A stretch of 64,000 bases of DNA from Eledone cirrhosa (lineage: Eukaryota), in contig OZ024740.1 in assembly GCA_964016885.1 (NCBI GenBank), positions 259,036,001 through 259,100,000 of the forward strand, given 5' to 3'. Shown here piece by piece: positions 56,254-64,000 of the stretch (position 1 is the stretch's first letter; each line of letters opens with the position of its first letter). The notes under the pieces were generated by a model. That model ran no database searches, was not told the DNA's origin, and saw nothing but the letters and a program-made list of their open reading frames with translations. The position numbers and the translations under genes were made by a program.

Positions 56254-57069
56254 CACACACACACAAACACACATATATATATTTGTGTGTGTGTGTGTGT
56301 GTGTGATTGCGTTCGTATTTACAGCTATACATGATGTAAGTATATATATATACATACATACATACAGATGGTATGCATACAGTCACACATACACAGATAC
56401 ATACACAGATGAATACATACACACACATAATTTCGACGTATAGAAGCACTCTAGCCCAAAGAACTAGAGTGCTTCTGCTAAGAATATTTTCTATTGACCT
56501 CCTGGAATTGTAAAATTAATATTCTCATAGTTATTTCAAATTTATCAGCCATCTTTCGACTTTTTATTTCTTCCATATTTCTTTTTGTTTTCCTCGGGCT
56601 TGTCTCTTTTCTTTCTTTCTCTACTTCTTTTTTTCTCTCCGGGCTTAACTTCTCATCTTTCTTTCATTTTCTTTGTAACTACATATTCTTTTCGTTTAGG
56701 GTTAAGGCTAGGGTGAGGGTTAGGGTTACCTTGTAATTTGCTGTTGTTGTTGTTTTATTACTGTTCTAGTGTGTTTGCGTTTGTTTGTTCGTTTTTGTCT
56801 CTTTTTATTTTTTTTTAAATTTATATAAATCAAACAAAATAGCCGGCACAGAAGGAGGAAACAAACGAGATTTAGAAGAAAAATTGCAAACTCAACAAAA
56901 CAATAACAACAATAACAACGACAATTACTCCAACAGTAACAAATGTAGTGACAGTAAGAATAACAACAACGACACTAACAGAAACAAGACTATGATAAAA
57001 ATAATAATAATTAAAAATATTAAAACAAATAATAATAATAACAGTAATAATTTCTTTAGTATCGACATC

Positions 57070-57490
57070 AACTCAAAACTGCCACACGAACAATAAGAGT
57101 AACAACAACAGTAGCAATAACAACAACAGTAGCAATAACAACAAAAGTAACAATAACAACAGTAATACCAATAACAACGACAATAACAACATCAACAAAA
57201 ATAACAACAGTAACAGCAATAACAACAACAACAACAATAACAGCAACAATAACATCAGTAACAACAACAACAATAACAACAATAACAATAGTAAAAACCA
57301 CAACAACAATAGCAATAGCAACATCCACAATAACAATAGTACAAACCACAACAGCAACAGAAATAGCAATAACAACAACAACAGTAGCAACTTCAATAGC
57401 AATAACAACAATAACAGAAATGACAACAACAACAACAATAACAGCAGCAACAATGACACCAGTAGCAACAACAACAACAGCAAAAACGCG
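57070..57490. repeat. Degenerate (AAC/AAT/AGC)n array
   Basis: Direct reading. Confidence 0.9.
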
Positions 57491-57767
57491 AGATATGCCC
57501 GCTAAATATTGTGAATATATGAATAATGATTTATAGTTTTGCCGCAAGATGGCGCTGTCTTTCCAGAATCGTTAAAATTTGAATCATACTAAAAATATAT
57601 AAGGATTTTAAAGAAAAACTAAAAGCAAGAAAGACAAAGAGATGTGATTTAGTCATGTTTTTATTAAGTTTTAGTTTTAGAATTTTGTATATTTTACTGT
57701 TCTTGATTTTTGATGCGATATATTTCTCCACTAGCCATTCACACACACACACACACACATACATATA

Positions 57768-57829
<62 letters not shown>

Positions 57830-57904
57830 CACGCACATACATAAATGTATGTAAATATATATACATATTTGCATATATACACACAATTTAGTGAGAAAGG
57901 GGGA

Positions 57905-57973
<69 letters not shown>

Positions 57974-58260
57974 AAAGAGAAAGAGAAAAAGAGCGAGAGG
58001 GTTCTTATTCGTTTATATAGAAGTAACAATCCAATAAAGAATGATATCGGTGTGTATGTTAGAAGTATTCATCTACGGAAGAACAACCAGGGTCTAGAAT
58101 AATTTTCTGGAATTCCATAAAGCATTCAGAATGTATAAGGTTATCATGATACATATATATATGTATATGTATTTATATGTGTGAATGTGTGTGTTTTATC
58201 ATATATATATGTATATATATAGTTTTGCGAGGTTTTCATATGAAATCGTGTCGAAACAAA

Positions 58261-61200
58261 TATTGTTATACTTGGGGAGGGTCATATTTGTGTAATAATA
58301 TTGCCAGAATTAATAACAGAACACATTCACTGTTTGGTTGGTTTTTGCTTCTGTATCTTTTATATCAGTTAATTTAATTTATTCGGTCCTCAATGTTATC
58401 ATTGACTGACCAACGGTCAAAAATACAGATATAATATAGACACAAACACATATATATAGTCTAACGAAGTTCTTTCGTTGCATATCTGCAACATCGTCAG
58501 TGGGGCTATTATGTTTCCTCCTGTTGTATTGTATGTCTACGCCATCTTTATTTAATCTGTTTTTTTATTTATTTATTTATTTTTGTCTTCTTCTCTGCGC
58601 ATGCGTTTGCGTGGGTGTATAGTGTTTGATGTGTGTTCGTGTTTGGGTGACTGTGTATTGGTTATTGTATTCTATCTTAGTTTACTAGTGTGTGTTTATA
58701 TGTGTTTGTTGTTATTGTGCTTGTGTATGTATTTATTTATCTATTTATTTATTTATTTATTTATTTATTTATACTTCTCTTAGGTCAGTATTGTTTGTTT
58801 GGGTGTTGTTGTTATTCCATTCATTTTTTCTGTTTAACCTTAGCCTTCTAAGTTCTATTTCGCTGGCCTCTCTGATTTGCCTATCATTTCTATGTTTAGA
58901 TATTATTTTAATTTCTATGTTGTCTATGTTACCGTCGTGTTGTTGTCTGGGATGTTCGTATAGTACTGAACCGTTTTTTCGTCCTTTTAGTTCCCCCCCA
59001 GTGTTGGTCTATCCTTTCACCTATGCTACGAGCTGTCTCGCCTATGTATGTTGTTGTCATGTTTTTGCAAGTACCCTCTGTACATCTTATGCTATAGACT
59101 ACGTTTCTAGTTTTACAGTTTATCCGGGGGTTAACTTTACATATAATACATTTCCTATTAGTACAGTGGGTTTTCTTAAAAAGGTAGGTTTTGTTGATCA
59201 GGGATTTTATGGTGGTTCCTGGCTTTTCTATCACCTTAATCTTTAAGTGGTTCTTTCTCAGGGCCTTTCTACACTGGTTAGTTAATTTCCCTCCAGGGGT
59301 AGCGTCCACAAACATGACACACTGGTATCTCTGTTTGTCGTACCATGAGGTGGCTTTCCCTATCTTATGTCTAGTCCTATCTAAGCTATTCCATGATTTG
59401 CTCCTGTATAATGGGCAAATTCCTTTCATGTCCAGTTCTATGAGGGTCTTATACTTCTCCATGGCTCCTTCGTATACTCTGATTCTGTCTCTTTGGTTGT
59501 AGGCAGAGAACTGCATTCGGTTGATGAAGTGTTGGATGTGTCTTTCCATTTCTGTTGGGTCGCACATGCGGGACACGTTCTTCATCACTCGTACCAAGTC
59601 TGCGATCAGAATATTAAACGTAACCCTATTGGACATTGCTGAGATTTTGAGTATCAGGTATTTGGAGGCCATGGGTTTAGCGTAGTGTGAGTGGAGCATT
59701 TGGACTCTCTCGTCTATAGTGTTAATCCAGGGTTCCGTGTCTAATACAGGTAGTCTATTGTTAGGGTGTTTGGAAGGGTAGTCGATAATTACAGTTATAC
59801 TCTGGTGTATGGAATTAGCTATCTGCTGGATGCTTTCCATTGATGTCGTTTACGTAACGAGAGTACATGATGAGGTCTATGGAGCGCTCATCAAGGAAAT
59901 CTTTGAGTCTCCTTTCCCACCATACCATAAAAAGGTTGGCAACGTCACCAGCTATACTGACGCCAATGGCTGCTCCCTCATTTTGGGTGTAGATCTCGTT
60001 GAATTTGAATATGTGGCCCTTTGGGGTAGTTTTGATACTAGCCCCTATTGCATGTGCGACCATTTTTCTTACCTGATCATTGTTTTGGGGGTCCGTATAG
60101 CTTTGGTCCACCCAATCCACCTTCCCATGGGAGTCTTTTTTGCCATTGAGGTTATGGTGGGAGGGGGGAGGGGTCTACCTATTATGGGTCTACTGGGGCA
60201 GAAACGTCTAAGGTCATGGCTGTCTAGGTAGTCAGTGTCATAGGTAAGTCTAAGTAGGAGGCCCAGTTCGTCTGTGTCGACGTCGCAGAACTCCACCTCA
60301 CTCTCAATGATCATCTCCACACATTTTTCCACAGCAAAATCAATGTTAACGGAGGGGTACAGTGATACCACATCCATGCTGCCTATTATGCAGTTGGATA
60401 GGTTGCTGTTTTTGTTGCACTCACTGATTCTACTGAGGAGGTCCTCTGTACTGTCACATACATCTGGGGACATCTTGATTATGGGGCGTATAACCATTGA
60501 GAGGAAGTAGGAGATCCTGTAGTTGCTAGCTATATTGGCTCCGCATACAGGTCTTATTGGTGTCCTGTTGTCGGGTCGTCGACTGTCTTGTGGTCTTTGC
60601 GGAGCCCATACAAGGGTGGTATTCCATTGTTAGACGCTGGAAGTTGTTGGCAGTGCGTCTGCTTGGCTTTAGGATGTCGGTCCACATCATCATGTGAGCG
60701 TTGAGGGTGATTGAATCTCTCCCCTCATGTATTTGCTGTGCAATTTCACTCGTATTGGTGATGTGGGGTTGCATAGCCTTGATGTAGTTCGGTATGCTGT
60801 CTATTGACATCCTACCAGACTTATCCGTGGGTAGACATACTACCTCACCATCCCTTGTGCGCTGCTTGAGGCTAACCAAGCCTTCTACAGGTTTCCTCCC
60901 AAGCTGTTGGGCCTCTGGTCTGCTCTGTCTCTTAGTATACCGGTCTACTATTTGTCTAATCTTATTTCTAGCTATGGTGAACTGTGCCTCTATCTCGTCA
61001 TCTATTTGTTGTGGTATACAAACTCTTTTATTAAAGTGTAACCTCGTAGGATATATATTACCCATCTTATATGTTTTTTCAGCTGGATTGAAGAATAGTT
61101 TCTCTAAGGGGATGTCATTATATCTATCGTCATAGTTGTGTGTGTTGCTATTATTGTTATTATGGTTGCTGTTGTTCCTACCATTAACATTATCATTATT

Positions 61201-62107
61201 GTTATGATTGCTAGATGTATTGTTGCTGTGATTGTTAGATGTATTGTTGCTGTGATTGTTAGATGTATTGTTCTTGTTTTCTTCACCGTTATTGTTGGTA
61301 TTACTGTTATTTCTACCATTGTGTGTGTTACTTGTATTATGTTTCTTGTTTTTGTTGTTGTTGTGTCTACCATTAATGTTGCTACTCGTATTATTTCCAT
61401 TATTACCATTGTGGTTGTTGTTGTTGTTGTTGTTGTTGTGTCTGTCGTTAATGTTTCTATTATTATTATTGTGGTTGTTGTTGTTGTTCTGTCTATCGTT
61501 AGTATTATTACCATTATTACTATTTCTCACTCTCCTGCTATTGTTATTGTTATGACTATTACTATTATAGCTGTTATTTCTATACTCAGAGTTATTGTTT
61601 ATATTACTACTACCGTTATTATTGTTGTTGCTGTCCGTATAGTAGTTGTTGTTGTTGTTGTTGTTTACTTTTGCATTCCAACGTATTTTTGTGAAACACT
61701 TTTCCAGCTCCGTTTTGCACTCCATAGGGTTAATCTTTTTGTAGATGGCAAATTTTGGTGGTAGCGGTAGAATTTGTTGTTCTTGTTCATTGATTAAAGT
61801 GTTCCCATAAATATTTACTGTGTGGTCATTGGTAAATTCTGCCGGCAATGCTACGTCTGTCATACGGATATTGTTGATGTTAGCAAGGTATTTTTGTGAA
61901 TTTTCTATTTTTCTTTCTTCTAGTTTTTTCTTCTTCATCAATTCTAATGTTTTATTGAAATGCCAATTGCATTCGTTTCGGGCGTATTTCGTTTCACGTC
62001 GAATGGCGCTCATGAGTTCATCCATCTCGTTTGGTGTGGTGAGATTTCGAACTTCCTTACCGTTAATGCGTTTTTGTTTGTAAAGTTCGTTAACTTTTGT
62101 GTATGTT
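58261..62107 (-). mobile_element. Long Penelope-like element (family B): N-terminal region, RT, GIY-YIG, 3' end with HHR; frameshifted
   Basis: ORFs 60526-62163 (LPPKFA, CLPTDKSG), 60069-60497 (GSMDVVSLYPS), 59815-60120 (YTQNEGAAIG, RYVND), 58929-59840 (VVYSIRC...YIGETARSIGERIDQH). Confidence 0.92.
58457..58509 (-). ncRNA. Minimal hammerhead motif in the PLE 3' region
   Basis: Reverse complement ccca-CTGACGA-t-gttgca-gata-tgcaac-GAAA-gaac-TT; perfect stem II, degenerate stem I. Confidence 0.55.
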
Positions 62108-64000
62108 GCACAAGGGATGGTGGGTAGTATGTCTACCCACAGATAAGTCTGGTAGGATGTCAATAGAGAGCATGCCGAACTACATCAAGGCTATGCAACC
62201 CCACATCACCAACACGAGCGAAATTGTACAGCAAATACATGAGGGGAGAGATTCAATCACCCTCAACGCTCACATGATGATGTCGACCGACATCCTAAAG
62301 CCAAGCAGACGCACTGCCAACAACTTCCAGGCGTCCAACAATGGCATACCACCCTTGTATGGGCTCCGCAAAGACCACAAGACAGTCGACGACCCGACAA
62401 CAGGACCACCAATAAGACCTGTATGCGGAGCCAATATAGCTAGTAACTACAGGATCTCCTACTTCCTCTCAATGGTTATACGCCCCATAATCAAGATGTC
62501 CCCAGCTGTATGTGACAGTACAGAGGATCTCCTCAGCAGAATCAGTGAGTGCAACAAAAACAAAAACCTATCCAACTGCATAATAGGCAGTATGGATGTG
62601 GTATCACTGTACCCATCCATTAACATTGATTTTGCTGTGGAAAAATGTGTGGAGATGATCATTGAGAGTGAGGTGGAGATCTGCAACGTCGACACAGACG
62701 AACTGGGCCTCCTACTTAGACTTACCTATGACACTGACTACCTAGACAGCCATGACCTTAGACGTTTCTGCCCCAGTAGACCCATAATAGGTAGACCCCT
62801 CCCCCCTCCCACCATAACCTCAATGGCAAAAAAGACTCCCATGGGAAGGTGGATTGGGTGGACCAAAGCTATACGGACCCCCCAAAATAATGATCAGGTA
62901 AGAAAAATGGTCGCACATGCAATAGGGGCTAGTATCAAAACTACCCCAAAGGGCCACATATTCAAATTCAACGAGAAGATCTACACCCAAAATGAGGGAG
63001 CAGTCATTGGCGTCAGCATAGCTGGTGACGTTGCCAACCTTTTTATGGTATGGTGGGAAAGGAGACTCAAAGATCTTGATGAGAGCTGCATAGACCTCAT
63101 CATGTACTCTCGTTACATAAACGACATCAATATAGTAATAAGGACATCCCACAAGAGAGTACTAACAAGTTTGATTTAGAACGTAGCACAATGGAAAGCA
63201 TCCAGCAGATAGCTAATTCCATATACCAGAGTATAAGTGTAACTATCGACTACCCTTCCAAACACCCTAACAATAGACTACCTGTATTAGACACGGAACT
63301 CTGGATTAACACTATAGACGAGAGAGCCCAAATTCTCCACTCACACTACGCTAAACCCATGGCCTCCAAATACCTGATACTCAAAAACTCAGCAATGTCC
63401 AATAGGGCTAAGTTTAATATTCTGATCGCAGACTTGGTAAGAGTGATGAAAAATGTGTCCTGCATGTGCGACGCAACTGAAATGGAAAGACACATAGAAA
63501 ACTTCATCCATCGCATGCAGTTCTCTGGCTACAACCAAAGAGACAGAAACAGAGTATACAAAGGAGCCACAGAGAAATATAAGATCCTCATAGAAATGGA
63601 CATGAAATGAATTTGCCCATTATACAGGAGCAAATCATGGAATAGCTTAGATAGGACTAGATATAAGATAGGGAAAGCCACCTCATGGTACGACAACCAG
63701 AGATACCAGAGTGTCATGTTTGTGGACGCTACCCCTGGAGGGAAATTAGCTAACCAGTGTAGAAAGGCCCTGAGAAAGACCCACTTAAAGATTAAGGTGG
63801 TAGAAAAGCAAGAAACCACCATAAAATCCATGATCAGCAAAACCTACCTTTTTAAGAAAACCCACTGTACTAATAGGAAATGTATTATATGTAAAGTTAA
63901 CCCCCAGATAAACTGTAAAACTAGAAACGTAGTCTATAGCATAAGATGTACAGAGGGTACGTGCAGAAATATGACAACAACATACATAGGCGAGCCAGCT
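62108..64000 (+). mobile_element. Inverted second copy of the same PLE (RT to GIY-YIG), running off the window
   Basis: ORFs 62097-63179 and 63191-63610 closely match the minus copy; reverse complement of 59031-60860. Confidence 0.93.

Noticed and set aside
57543-57557. YY1-like caagatggcg promoter motif
   Set aside because: A single short motif with no nearby exon or other promoter evidence
63608-63610. In-frame TGA as possible selenocysteine (known from Naiad PLEs)
   Set aside because: The other arm has GGA (Gly) at this codon, so it is a point mutation; the endonuclease is C-terminal, unlike Naiads

Overview
AT-rich, repeat-saturated eukaryotic DNA. The (TA)n/(CA)n load, SINE types and Penelope density look like a coleoid cephalopod (Octopus-like) genome, which is inference only. 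I find no credible host protein-coding gene, tRNA, rRNA or CRISPR array; most ORF-track entries are microsatellite read-throughs. The window holds (i) several families of Penelope-like retroelements (PLEs; RT plus C-terminal GIY-YIG), often in (TA)n tracts and arranged as inverted repeats from ~60 bp hairpins to 1.15 kb and 1.8 kb arms; (ii) about ten type I hammerhead-ribozyme (HHR) motifs near PLE 3' ends, including U3-A8 compensated variants of the C3-G8 core pair; (iii) a decayed R4/Dong-like RLE LINE in (CATA)n, HERO-like and RTE-like fragments, and an HDV-like ribozyme candidate; (iv) SINEs, non-autonomous Helitron-like elements and a 73-bp satellite; (v) a ~5.5 kb direct duplication around a 200-N gap that is probably a haplotype assembly artefact. 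The most interesting signal is the HHR-bearing, TA-associated, fold-back PLE set with recurring junctions and a PLE RT with a long insertion between motifs A and B'. All calls are by eye; no searches or folding programs were run.
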